Source: Phyllobates terribilis
Taxonomy: Eukaryota
NCBI RefSeq assembly: GCF_046119375.1
Contig: NW_027362769.1
Location: forward strand, 52,762,001-52,826,000
Direction: 5' to 3'
DNA: 64,000 nucleotides
Part shown: positions 50,312 to 61,631 of the stretch, piece after piece
How positions within the stretch are numbered: position 1 is the first letter of the stretch
Layout: each line of letters starts with the position of its first letter
Program-made: the position numbers and the translations under genes
The notes under the pieces: model-generated
The model's input: the letters and a program-made list of their open reading frames with translations, nothing else
What the model was told of the DNA's origin: nothing
The model's database searches: none

Positions 50312-50557
50312 CATAAACGTGAGGGAAAAGGGGAAAACAAGAGAGTCAGCTCACCAGATCCATGTTGTAAAGAAGCTGTGTAAATCTTCTCCCAGGACCA
50401 GGTGCAGTTAGCAGACAGCAGAAAACAAAAAATCTCCAGCGAAGAATCAAGTAAAACTTCAGTATTTATTAGATCATCATAAAATAGTAGCAGTTCCTCC
50501 ACTGGTTTCCAACCAACGCGTTTCGGCTACGCCGTACTCATGGTTTTGTTTTCCTGC
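50312..50557 (-). mobile_element. 246-bp hammerhead-bearing retro-insertion (PLE-type mini-element)
   Basis: 14-bp TSD AAAC[C/T]CATGGTGTA at 50298-50311 and 50558-50571. Hammerhead near its 5' end and AATAAA internally. No coding potential evident. Confidence 0.8.
50511..50545 (-). ncRNA. Minimal type I hammerhead ribozyme, A3-U8 core variant
   Basis: Minus strand reads AACC-ATGAGTA-C-GGC(GTA)GCC-GAAAC-GC-GTT-GGTT. Confidence 0.75.
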
Positions 50558-50927
50558 AAACTCATGGTGTAGCCACCAGTGCTGTGGAGTCAGTCATGGA
50601 GTCTGTGTCTATTTTGGTTGAGTCGGTATAAAATGGACCAACTCAGACTCCTAAAATATATAATAAATTGGGTATAGAAGTTCAGTGTAGTATGCGCGGA
50701 ATATTTTTTCATAAGAATTTGGGAAAGTTATGAAATGTCCTATAAATGTCTGTTCTGTTCCTGATCTAAGGCTTTTAGTTGAGATGAATCTGTGCTGCAC
50801 TTTATGTACAGTGGGGGAAATAAGTATTTGATCCCTTGCTGTTTTTGTAAGTTTGCCCACTGACAAAGACATGAACAGTCTAGAATTTTAAGGGTAGGTT
50901 AATTTTAACACTGAGAGATAGAATATA

Positions 50928-52577
50928 CAGTTATATGAAAAAGTTTGGGCACCCCTATGAATCTTAAGCTTAATGTTTTATAAAAATTTGTGTTTTTGCA
51001 ACAGCTATTTCAGTTTGATATATGTAATAACTGTTGGACACAGTAATGTTTCTGCCTTGAAATGAGGTTTATTGTGCTAACAGAAAATGTGCAATCTGCA
51101 TTCAAACAAAATTTGACAGGTGCATAAGTACGGGCACCCTTATCATTTTCTTGTTTTAAATACTCCTACCTACTTTTTACTGACTTACTAAAGCACTTTT
51201 TTTGGTTTTGTAACCTCATTGAGCTTTGAACTTCATAGCCAGGTGTATGCAATCATGAGAAAAGCTACTTAAAGTGGCCACTTGCAAGTTGTTCTCCTGT
51301 TTGAATCTCCTCTGAAGAGTGGCATCATGGGCTCCTCAAAACAACTGTCAAATGATCTGAAAACAAAGATTATTCAACATAGTTGTTCAGGCGAAGGATA
51401 CAAAAAGCTGTCTCAGAGATTTAACCTGTCAGTTTCCACTGTGAGGAACATAGTAAGGAAATGGAAGAACACAGGGACAGTTCTTGTTAAGGCCAGAAGT
51501 GGCAGGCCAAGAAAAACATCTGAAAGGCAGAGAAGAAGAATGGTGAGATCAGTCAAGGACAATCCTCAGACCACCTCCAGAGAGCTGCAGCATCAACTTG
51601 CTGCAGATGGTGTCACTGTGCATCGGTCAACTATACAACGCACTTTGCACAAGGAGAAGCTGTATGGGAGAGTGATGCGAAAGAAGCCGTTTCTGCAAGC
51701 ACGCCACAAACAGAATCGGCTGAGGTATGCAAAAGCACATTTGGAGAAGCCAATTTCTTTTTGGAAGAAGGTCCTGTGGACTGATGAAACCAAGATTGAG
51801 TTGTTTGGTCATACAAAAAGGCGTTATGCATGGCGGCAAAAAAACACAGCATTCCAAGAAAAACACTTGCTACCCACAGTAAAATTTGGTGGAGGTTCCA
51901 TCATGCTTTGGGGCTGTGTGGCCAATGGCGGAACCGGGAATCTTGTTAAAGTTAAGGGACGCATGGATTCCACTCAGTATCAGCAGATTCTTGACAATAA
52001 TGTTCAAGAATCAGTGACAAAGTTGAAGTTACGCAGGGGATGGATCTTTCAGCAAGACAATGATCCAAAACACCGCTCCAAATCTACTCAGGCATTCATG
52101 CAGAGGAACAATTACAATGTTCTGGAATGGCCATCCCAGTCCCCAGACCTGAATATCATTGAACATCTGTGGGATCATTTGAAGAGGGCTGTCCATGCTC
52201 GGCGACCATCAAACTTAACTGAACTGGAATTGTTTTGTAAAGAGGAATGGTCAAAAATACCTTCATCCAGGATCCAGGAAATCATTCAAAGCTACAGGAA
52301 GCGACTAGAGGCTGTTCGTTTTGCAAAAGGAGGATCTACTAAATATTAATGTCACTTTTCTGGTGAGGTGCCCATACTTATGCACCTGTCAAATTTTGTT
52401 TGAATGCAGATTGCACATTTTCTGTTAGTACAATAAATCTCATTTCAAGGCAGAAACATTACTGTGTCCAACAGTTATTACATATATCAAACTGAAATAG
52501 CTGTTGCAAAAACACCAATTATTATAAAACATTAAGCTTAAGATTAATAGGGGTGCCCAAACTTTTTCATATAACTG
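50928..52577 (+). mobile_element. Apparently intact autonomous Tc1 (IR/DR-type) transposon, 1650 bp
   Basis: TA TSDs; TIRs of about 211 bp with 6 mismatches counted by eye; intact ORF. Confidence 0.95.
51327..52349 (+). CDS. Tc1 transposase, 340 aa, DD34E
   Basis: ATG at 51327 (MGSSKQLS). Paired-like [22 protein letters not shown], exactly 34 residues to SPDLNIIE. No stops. Confidence 0.95.
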   Translation: MGSSKQLSNDLKTKIIQHSCSGEGYKKLSQRFNLSVSTVRNIVRKWKNTGTVLVKARSGRPRKTSERQRRRMVRSVKDNPQTTSRELQHQLAADGVTVHRSTIQRTLHKEKLYGRVMRKKPFLQARHKQNRLRYAKAHLEKPISFWKKVLWTDETKIELFGHTKRRYAWRQKNTAFQEKHLLPTVKFGGGSIMLWGCVANGGTGNLVKVKGRMDSTQYQQILDNNVQESVTKLKLRRGWIFQQDNDPKHRSKSTQAFMQRNNYNVLEWPSQSPDLNIIEHLWDHLKRAVHARRPSNLTELELFCKEEWSKIPSSRIQEIIQSYRKRLEAVRFAKGGSTKY

Positions 52578-52676
52578 TATATAAAAAAATCAAGAAAATC
52601 ACATTGTATAAATTAGATTTTTTTTTTGCATTTTGCAGTGAAATAAGTATTTGATCCCTCTAGCAAACAACACTTA

Positions 52677-54383
52677 CCGTATTTTTCGGACTATAAGACG
52701 CACTTTTTTCCTCCAAAATTTTGGAGGAAAGTGGGGTGTGCGTCTTATAGTCCGAATACTATATTATTGTATGGCCACATGGTGGTGGGTGTGGGGGAGC
52801 GGCAGCGGGGGGGATCAGCGGCGCACAGGAGGCAGCAGCCGCTTGCTGCAGCCTAGCTGTGCCCGCTACTAAAGAAAATGAATATTCCCTGCTCCCCACG
52901 CCCATAGGCGTGCAGAGCAATGAATATTCATTTCTCTCAATAGCCGGCACACTGGAGCCGCAGCGCGGCTCCTGCTGCGCTCTGCGGTCAGTGTGCCCGC
53001 TATTAAAGCTCATGAATATTCGCTACAACCCACTCCCATGGGTTGTAGTGAATATTCATGATCTTTAATAGCAGGGACACTGACCACAGAGTGGCAGCAG
53101 GAGCCGCGCTGCGGTACAGTGTGCCGGCTATTGAACAGACTGAATGGTCACTGCTCCCCACGCACAGAGTCCCGGCGTGGGGAGCAGTGACTATTCCAGC
53201 ACAGCGTCTCACACTGTGTGAGGACGCATAGCAGGGACGCCATGCGCCGCTCACACAGTGAGAGTGTCAGCAGCAGAGCGGGATGGCGTTGGAGGAGAGA
53301 GGAGGTGAGTATGATTGTACTTTTTTTTTGTAGGCAGCGTGATGGGGACTCAGAGGGTGTCATAAATACCAGGATGGGGGCTCAGAGGGTGCCAGACATA
53401 CCAGGATGGGGCCTCAGAGGGTGCCATACATACCAGGATGGGGGCTCAGAAGGTGCCATACATACCAGGATGGGGGCACAGAGGGTGCCATACATACCAG
53501 GATGGGGGCTCAAAGGGTGCCATACATACCAGGATGGGGGCTCAGAGGGTGCCATACATACCAGGATGGGGCTCAAAGGGTGCCATGCATACCAGGATGG
53601 GGGCTCAGAGGAGTGCCATGAATACCAGGATGGGGGCTCAGAAGGTGCCATGCATACCAGGATGGGGGCTCAGAGGGTGCCATGCATACCAGGATGGGGG
53701 CTCAGAGGGTGCCATGCATACCTGGATGGTGGCTCAGAAGGTGCCATGCATACCTGGATGGGGGCTCAGAAGGTGCCATGCATACCAGGATTGGGACTCA
53801 GAACCAGGATGGGGGCTCAGAAGGTGCCATGCATACCAGGATGGGGGCTCAGAGAGTGCCATGCATACCCGGATGGGGGCTCTGAAGGTGCCATGCGTAC
53901 CAGGATGGGGGCTCAGAGGGTGCCATGCATACGTGGATGGGGGCTCAGAAGGTGCCATACATACCTGGATGGGGGCTCAGAACCAGGATGGGGGCTCAAG
54001 GGGTGCCATGCATACCAGGAGGGGGCTCAATGGGTGCCATGCATACCAGGATGGGGGCTCAAGGGGTGCCATGCATACCAGGATGGGGGATAAAAGGGGT
54101 GCCATGCATACTAGGATGGGGGATAAAGGGGTGCCATGCATACCAGGATGGGGGATAAAGGGGTGCCATGCATACCAGGATGGGATGGGGGCCACTTATA
54201 CCAGGATGGAGGATATTAACAGAATTGGGGGACATTACCTAAATACCAGTGTCCGCAGACCCCCTTCCCCCATAACAGGGCATCATGACCACATTTTTTG
54301 CTTACATTTTTTTTCCTATTTTCCTCCTTTAAAACCTAGGTGCGTCTTATGGTCCAGTGCGTCTTATAGTCCGAAAAATACGG
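52677..54383. mobile_element. pogo/Tigger-type non-autonomous element
   Basis: TA|CCGTATTTTTCGGACTATAAGACGCAC...GCGTCTTATAGTCCGAAAAATACGG|TA. Confidence 0.88.
53340..54200. repeat. About 30-bp minisatellite
   Basis: CCATGCATACCAGGATGGGGGCTCAGAAGGTG units. Confidence 0.95.
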
Positions 54384-54753
54384 TAATACATGGTGGCAAA
54401 ACCCTTGTTGGCAAGAACAGCAGTCAGACGTTTTTTGTAGTTGATTATGAGGGTTGCGCACATGTCAGGAGGAATTTTGGTCCACTCCTCTTTGCAGATT
54501 ATCTCTAAATCATTCAGATTTTGAGGCTGTCGCTTGGCAACTCGAAGCTTCAACTCCCTCCATAAGTTTTCTATGGGATTAAGGTCTGGAGACTGGCTAT
54601 GCCACTCCATGACCTTACTGTGCTTCTTTTTGAGCCACTCCTTTGTTGTCTTGGCTGTATGTTTTGGGTCATTGTCTTGCTGGAAGACCCAGCCACGACC
54701 GATCTTCAATACCTAGACATAGATACATACACACACACACACACACACATATA

Positions 54754-56310
54754 CAGACAGACCAAAAGTTTGGACACACCTTCTCATTTAAAGATTTTTC
54801 TGTATTTTCATGACTATGAAAATTGTACATTCACACTGAAGGCATCAAAACTATGAATTAACACATGTGGAATTATATATTTAACAAAAAAGTGTGAAAC
54901 AACTGAAAATATGTCTTATATTCTAGGTTCTTCAAAGTAGCCACCTTTTGCTTTGATGACTGCTTTGCACACTCTTGGCATTCTCTTTATGAGCTTCAAG
55001 AGGTAGTCACCGGAAATGGTCTTCCAACAATCTTGAAGGAGTTCCCAGAGATGCTTAGCACTTGTTGGCCCTTTTGCCTTCACTCGGCGGTCCAGCTCAC
55101 CCCAAACCATCTCGATTGGGTTCAGGTCTGGTGACTGTGGAGGCCAGGTCATCTGGCGTAGCACCCCATCACTCTCCCTCTTGGTCAAATAGCCCTTACA
55201 CAGCCTGGAGGTGTGTTTGGGGTCATTGTCCTGTTGAAAAATAAATGATGGTCCAACTAAACGCAAACCGGATGGAATAGCATGCTGCTGCAAGATGCTG
55301 TGGTAGCCATGCTGGTTAAGTATGCCTTCAATTTTGAACAATACCCCAACAGTGTCACTATCAAAGCACCCCCACACTATCACACCACCTCCTCCATGCT
55401 TCACGGTGGGAACCAGGCATGTAGAGTCCATCCGTTCACCTTTTCTGCGTCGCACAAAGACACGGTGGTTGGAACCAAAGATCTCAAATTTGAACTCATC
55501 AGACCAAAGCACAGATTTCCACTGGTCTAATGTCCATTCCTTGTGTTCTTTAGCCCAAACAAGTCTCTTCTGCTTGTTGCCTGTCCTTAGCAGTGGTTTC
55601 CTAGCAGCTATTTTACCATGAAGGCCTGCTGCACAAAGTCTCCTCTTAATTGTTGTTGTAGAGATGTGTCTGCTGCTAGAACTCTGTGTGGCATTGACCT
55701 GGTCTCTAATCTGAGCTGCTGTTAACCTGCGATTTCTGAGGCTGGTGACTCGGATAAACTTATCATCAGAAGCAGAGATGACTCATGGTCTTCCTTTCCT
55801 GGGGCGGTCCTCATGTGAGCCAGTTTCTTTGTAGCGCTTGATGGTTTTTGCAACTGCACTTGGGGACACTTTCAAAGTTTTCCCAATTTTTCGCACTGAC
55901 TGACTTTCATTTCTTAAAGTAATGATGGCCACTCGTTTTTCTTTGCTTAGCTGCTTTTTTTCTTGCCATAATACAAATTCTAACAGTCTATTCAGTAGGA
56001 CTATCAGCTGTGTATCCACCAGACTTCTGCACAACACAACTGATGGTCCCAAACCCATTTATAAGGCAAGAAATCCCACTTATTAAACCTGACAGGGCAC
56101 ACCTGTGAAGTGAAAACCATTTCCGGTGACTACCTCTTGAAGCTCATCAAGAGAATGCCAAGAGTGTGCAAAGCAGTCATCAAAGCAAAAGGTGGCTCCT
56201 TTGAAGAACCTAGCATATAAGACATATTTTCAGTTGTTTCACACTTTTTTGTTAAGTATATAATTCCACATGTGTTAATTCATAGTTTTGATGCCTTCAG
56301 TGTGAATGTA
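54754..56310 (-). mobile_element. Tc1-like transposon, same family as 1879-3508, defective
   Basis: C-terminal ORF 54916-55512 has an intact SPDLNPIEM. +1 A in the run after the ATG, a TGA after GRP, and about 70 bp of the outer TIR missing. Confidence 0.92.
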
Positions 56311-57049
56311 GCCCAGATTGACCTCATTATAATCCGCCTATGGATCAAATACTTATTTCCCCCACTGTACATGCTCTGTGAAGCAGTGCTGTGGAGTCTG
56401 AATCATGGAGTCGAGAGTCAGGGAAATTGAGGAGTCAGAGACTTGGCTTATTGACTCCACAGCCCTGGTAGCCACCATCCTCCCCTGACTTCAACCCTAT
56501 TGAGAACCTTTGGAGTATCCTCAAGCAAAAGATCAATGAGGGTGGGAGTCAGTTCACAGCAGCTCTGGGAAGCTATATGGACATCCTGCAAATACATTCA
56601 AGCAGAACCTATCCAAAAACTCACAAAATGGATACAAGAATTGAGACCGTGAGCTCAAAGAAAGGGCCCTATGTTAACATGTAACTTGGTCTGTTATGAT
56701 GTTTTTGATTGGAAAAGTTTTTGATTTCAGTAAATGTGACCTCTTAATGCTGCAAATTCAACAAATTATAATTTTCAGTTTTTTACAACCCATAAAATAT
56801 TAGGAAACTCTGTTGTGCATAATAATTTGGAACAATGCATTTTGAGGTTTTTTTAGTTTTGAAAAAAATACTGTTATCATTCAGAGATTTGTTCAATAAA
56901 ACTTGATTTATACTCTTAACGTTTGATTATTAGAACATTATACTGACTCATTTGCATCGACTATTTAAGAAAATCAGAGAAAAATAGCATTTGCATAATA
57001 ATTTGGAATGCGGTGTACATTTTTTGAGGAAAAGTTTCAGCAAACCTTG

Positions 57050-58655
57050 TGTCACGGGAATACCACAACAGAGTGGCATCAGATGCTCACAGCATCTGGT
57101 GAAAGATATACCTACGGTAGTTAGAACGACTTCACCGTCCTATTAGCAGTTCTGGCATTATTTGCTCTGGTGCTGCAAGGGTTAAACTCCTTAGCTGGAC
57201 TCCTGGAGTTCTTGGTCTTTGGTTGTATCTGTTCAGAATTTGTTACTCCCAGGAGGTATAAGAACCCTCCTCCTTGCTTTTGACCTTGCCAGTGATGGCT
57301 TTAGGCTATGTGCCCACGATGCAGAAATGCTCCGGATTTTTTCCTGAGCGTTTCTGCATCTCCCTGGCAGAAAAAATGCATGCGGATTGTACATGCGGAT
57401 TGTACATGCGGATTGTACATGCGTTTTTCCTGCCAGGGACATGCGGATGTGAAGCGTTCTTCACATGCATTTCCGCATGAGGGTTGACAAGTGCTTTCCA
57501 AGCGATTTTAGCATCACTTGGAAAGTGCTTGACAACTTGGTCACACTATATAAATCCATGCAAACAGCATGGATTTTATATAGTGTGACCGAAAGAATGT
57601 TAAAAAATAAATCTATACTTACCTTCCGATGGCCCCCGGAGTCTTTATTCGATGCGTCTCGGCTTGCCGGCAGCTCGCAGTACACTGAAAGGACCTGTCG
57701 ACGTCAGCGGTCGCGTGACCCGTCACATGACTAAATGACTCAGCGCAGGTCTTTGAGTCCACCGCGATCTGCCGGCAAGCCAAGACAAGGACACCGGGGG
57801 CCATCAGAAGGTAAGTATAATATTTGTTTTTTATTTTATTCTTTTTTTTTACAGGTTTTATGGTACCTGGGTCCGGAGGAGAGTCTCCTCTTCTCCAGAC
57901 CCGGGTACCATCCGCACATTGAAACGCATGTAATCCGCATGTACAGATCGAGTGATGCGGATTCCATGCGTTCCAATGCAAGTCAATGGCGGTGAAAACG
58001 CAGCGCTTCCGCAAAATAATTGGTAGTGCTGCGTTTTTTTTCCGCAATGATAACCCGCAGCGGAAATTTCCGCAGCATGTGCACAGAACATGGGGATTAT
58101 CATTGGGGAACATGGCAGACCTTCTACAAAGTGTTTTTTAAGCGTTTCTGCAGCGGAATTGCGCTGCGGAAACGCTTAAAAAACGCATCGTGGGCACACA
58201 GCTTTACAACTACCTGGTTTGGGGTTGGAGGAGTGAGCAGAGTTTGGAGCAGGCGTTTGGAGGTGTATCAGGAGAAATCTGCGTGAAGTTAGTTTGGACG
58301 TTTGTCTCCTTATCCTTCTTCCCATTTAGTTTGCCTCCCATTCTCCTTCCCTATAATCCACTCATTTGCTTGTGAGTATTTTTGTATGATTGTGGTTTTC
58401 TTTTATGCCTGTCTGTTTCCCCTCTGTGTCTTTATGTTAGAGCAAGACTAGCAATTTTGCTATTCCACTCACTAGCCAGGGTGATACTCAGGGTAAGACG
58501 GGGATAGGAACGTGATCGTAGCACAGGGTGAAAGAACCCGTCTAGGGACGCTAGGGGAGCTCGCGATGGCGCAGGGGTGCCCCTTCCCTAGTGGTAGAGC
58601 TCCCTTTCCCATCTGTCTTGCTGTGCGCCATCTTGCTTCCATCAGAAGCATGACA
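57050..58655 (+). mobile_element. Probable solo LTR with a nested MITE
   Basis: TGTCACGG...CATGACA termini; imperfect flank match CCTTG/TTTTG; interrupts the T2-type MITE. Confidence 0.6.
57304..58203 (-). mobile_element. PIF/Harbinger-type MITE
   Basis: TTA|GGCTATGTGCCCACGATGC...GCATCGTGGGCACACAGCT|TTA; reverse homologue of 34496-35379. Confidence 0.85.
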
Positions 58656-58676
58656 TTTTGCATTTTATCCATTTAA

Positions 58677-59283
58677 AGGGAACCTGTCACCATAAAAAAA
58701 CGTATTAACCTGCAGGTTAATAGCGTTACTAACCAGCCTGGCACCCACACTTAACCGAACGCTGTGGGGAGAAAATGAATTTCATTACCCCCCCCCCTGC
58801 AGCGTTCCAGTATCAGTCACGGGGTGCGGCTCCGCCGCTGGTTCAGTCACCACTCTGAGAATACAGAGCAGCGGCTGTAACCGCTCCCCCAGCCCTAACA
58901 CTGGATCTGCTGTGACTGAAACCGAACGCTGCCAGGAGGAATAAAGTTCATTTTCTCCCAGCAGCGTTCGGTTAAGTGTGTGCGTCGGGCAGGTTAGTAA
59001 CGCTATTAACCAGCAGATTAACCCCCATATCTGCAGGTTAATATCATTTTTTCTGGTGCTTGTATGCATACAACTCCAGTCACCGATCCCTGTATGACTG
59101 TACATGCAGAGATAACTGTCAGTTACTGAGTAGCACCGCCCACTGGACTCACATACAAATGCTAAGCATTTCAAGGAATAAATTACAAGTTATACTGAAG
59201 CTTTTCTCACAAACCTATATATCATTCTGCTCTATACCATCTGTCCACAGATCGCATTGCAACTACAATCTGACAGGTTCCCT
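58677..59283. mobile_element. T2/Kolobok-type MITE
   Basis: TTAA|AGGGAACCTGTCA...TGACAGGTTCCCT|TTAA. Confidence 0.88.
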
Positions 59284-59425
59284 TTAAGTTCACTTGTACT
59301 ACTGATCTATGAGAAACAAATAAAACAACATACCTACTGTATGTAAATGTATAAAATTCTTGTTCTGAATGCTGATCCAATTGATAGACACTCGGAATCA
59401 GGATGGAAAAATGTGTCCTTTAGAG

Positions 59426-59611
59426 CAGTGTTCCCCAACTCCAGTCCTCAAGGCCCACCAACAGCTCAGGTTTTCAGGATCTCCTTAGCATTGCACAGGT
59501 GATGGAATTATTGCCTGTGCAGGTGATGGAATTATCACCTGTGCAATACTAAGGAAATCCTGAAAACATGACCTGTTGGTGGGCCTTGAGGACTGGAGTT
59601 GGGGAACCCTG
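59426..59611. mobile_element. Palindromic hAT MITE (186 bp)
   Basis: Long hairpin arms CAGTGTTCCCCAACTCCAGTCCTCAAGGCCCACCAACAG; 8-bp TSD CTTTAGAG. Confidence 0.92.
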
Positions 59612-60321
59612 CTTTAGAGTAAACTTGATCATGTATTATGGTTGTACCTGTTCCCCATTACCTTTATCCTTTCCCGTCCTTCGGCTGAACCTGTCGAGCA
59701 TGTGTCCTTTTTCAACCCTACTATGCAACTGTCAGTTACACCTTGAAATCGAAGCGGCAATCTGAATGCTGCTGTGGCTAACTGCACCACATTGCTTTAG
59801 CACTGCCTTTGATATTACGCCCCTCTTAATTCTATGCTGTTAAGTATAGTAACTATAAAATCAACAATTACTATCTTGGATATTCATGTACATTAGAACA
59901 CTGACTTCCAGTCTTTGTTTCTTCTTTTATTTTTGCTCTTCCAAGATTTCCCATTTCTTATCATTTACCTATAATGTCATCATATAAACATTTTGTTACC
60001 ACATGTGAAATAAGTGATGATTAATTAAATTCTACAACTGTGAGTGAGAAATGCTGAAAATGATGTGAACTGCTTCTTGAAAGCATTTCTGTGATGCTCA
60101 TTTCTAGTAATACTTGATGAAAGTCAAGACCCCCTGTCAAATAATATTGTAAGAGGTAATCAAACTAGAATACTGAGTAGCTGGGGATGGATGGGAAGGT
60201 CATTAAAAGCACTTTAAGTCTTTTGTTAAACTCCTGCAGGGTTCAAAAAGTATTTTCTTATAGTAGAGTTCAAGGCTCCACAACATCGATCCTTTCACGT
60301 CACACTTTATCCAGTCTCCTG

Positions 60322-60468
<147 letters not shown>

Positions 60469-61631
60469 CTATGGGAAATGGGCAAACAATTGCAGGTTTC
60501 CTGCTGCTTGTGCTGTGTGGAACTTGTGCACATCCTAAGTCAAGGTAAAACATTTAACTGGAGACAGGAGAACCGAATTAGTCCTGTACTCACTGAAGCA
60601 GACGAGACGGCCCTGGTCATCAGCCTCACTTGTTATATTACAAAAAAAGAATACAGCAGCACTCTGGAAGCACCGAGATGTATGCATTATTAGGTTAGTA
60701 TTAACCTTAACCGTTCAACAGTGTGTGAAAAATACTGGTTGGCTTGTGTAGAAATAAAAGCAGAAAAATGGAAATATACATAAAAGAAAATGTACATCTA
60801 GTCTTCTAGCAGATGATGTTCACATCATCTCTTATATTTATCTGCAATGAATGTTGAACCTATAGTCACCTGTATTCTTGAAGGGGTTTTCCCACAAACA
60901 AAGTAAATTTTAATCAATAGATCTAGGAATAAAAATAAATTCCACAACTGGATGTGTTAAAAAAAAAAAAGACGGATTTTGGCAAGACCTTACCTGTAAA
61001 ATCCTTTTCAGCGAAGGAAAGAAGGGAGACACAGATCCATTACTAGTGGGTAGGCGGAGCCCCACAGGATAGTTCACCTCAGATTAGAAAAAGTGACGAC
61101 CGGCCCCTCCAGCTTAGGCTCCTCCTACTCCCATATTCCTCAGTCCGTACACAAGCTAAGAAAGAGCAGATAACACCAGCGGAACAACACAACTCCTTCC
61201 AAAAATTCAGAAATGCGAGAGAACAGGTTATGCATATAACAGAAAAAACACACAGTCCTAGGCACTACTCACTGGACCTGACAACTGCGATGAGCTGGCA
61301 ATGCTGGAACAGAGCCCTAGCGCGCCGACCCCAGCCCAGATGACCGCCATCAGAGAGGAGTCGCGCCGCATCTGGAAAAACAATAATGCACTTCTGCCCT
61401 GGGAGGGTGCTGTGTCTCCCTTCCTTCGCTGAAAAGGATTTTACAGGTAAGGTCTTACCAAAATCCGTCTTTCAGCAGCAGAAGGGAAGGAAGGGAGACA
61501 CAGATCCATTACTAGTGGGACGTCCCAAAGCAGTCCAGAACTCAAGGGTGGGAAACAGTGGCAGAATCGCCAACACCCCAACAACTTAGGCAAGTGCGCA
61601 ACAAGCGCCAAAAACGAGATAAAGGGATAAC

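Larger units (their letters stand above)
50809..56367 (-). mobile_element. Internally deleted Tc1-like element hosting three later insertions
   Basis: TA|CAGTGGGGGAAATAAGTATTTGATCC...GGATCAAATACTTATTTCCCCCACTG|TA. Transposase C-terminus at 54386-54709 (QQDNDPKH...[11 protein letters not shown]). Confidence 0.88.
50577..56467. mobile_element. hAT MITE expanded by nested Tc1 insertions
   Basis: CAGTGCTGTGGAGTC...GACTCCACAGCCCTG; 8-bp TSD GTAGCCAC (50569-50576 / 56468-56475). Confidence 0.9.
49501..57015 (+). mobile_element. Old Tc1-like element (outer shell of the nest), itself inside a T2-type MITE starting near 49422
   Basis: TA|CACCGTATTCCAAATTATTATGCAAA...GCATAATAATTTGGAATGCGGTG|TA. Degraded transposase: MGKKRDLSAAEK from about 49686, resuming after 56475 with a PDFNPIENLWSILK segment. 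Confidence 0.88.

Noticed and set aside
53218-54508. 291-aa and 356-aa ORFs
   Set aside because: Translations of the 30-bp minisatellite inside a non-autonomous element.
60594-60630. Candidate penultimate ica1l exon (GTGAGT donor at 60593)
   Set aside because: The translated peptide does not resemble recalled ICA1L sequence and the acceptor is weak.
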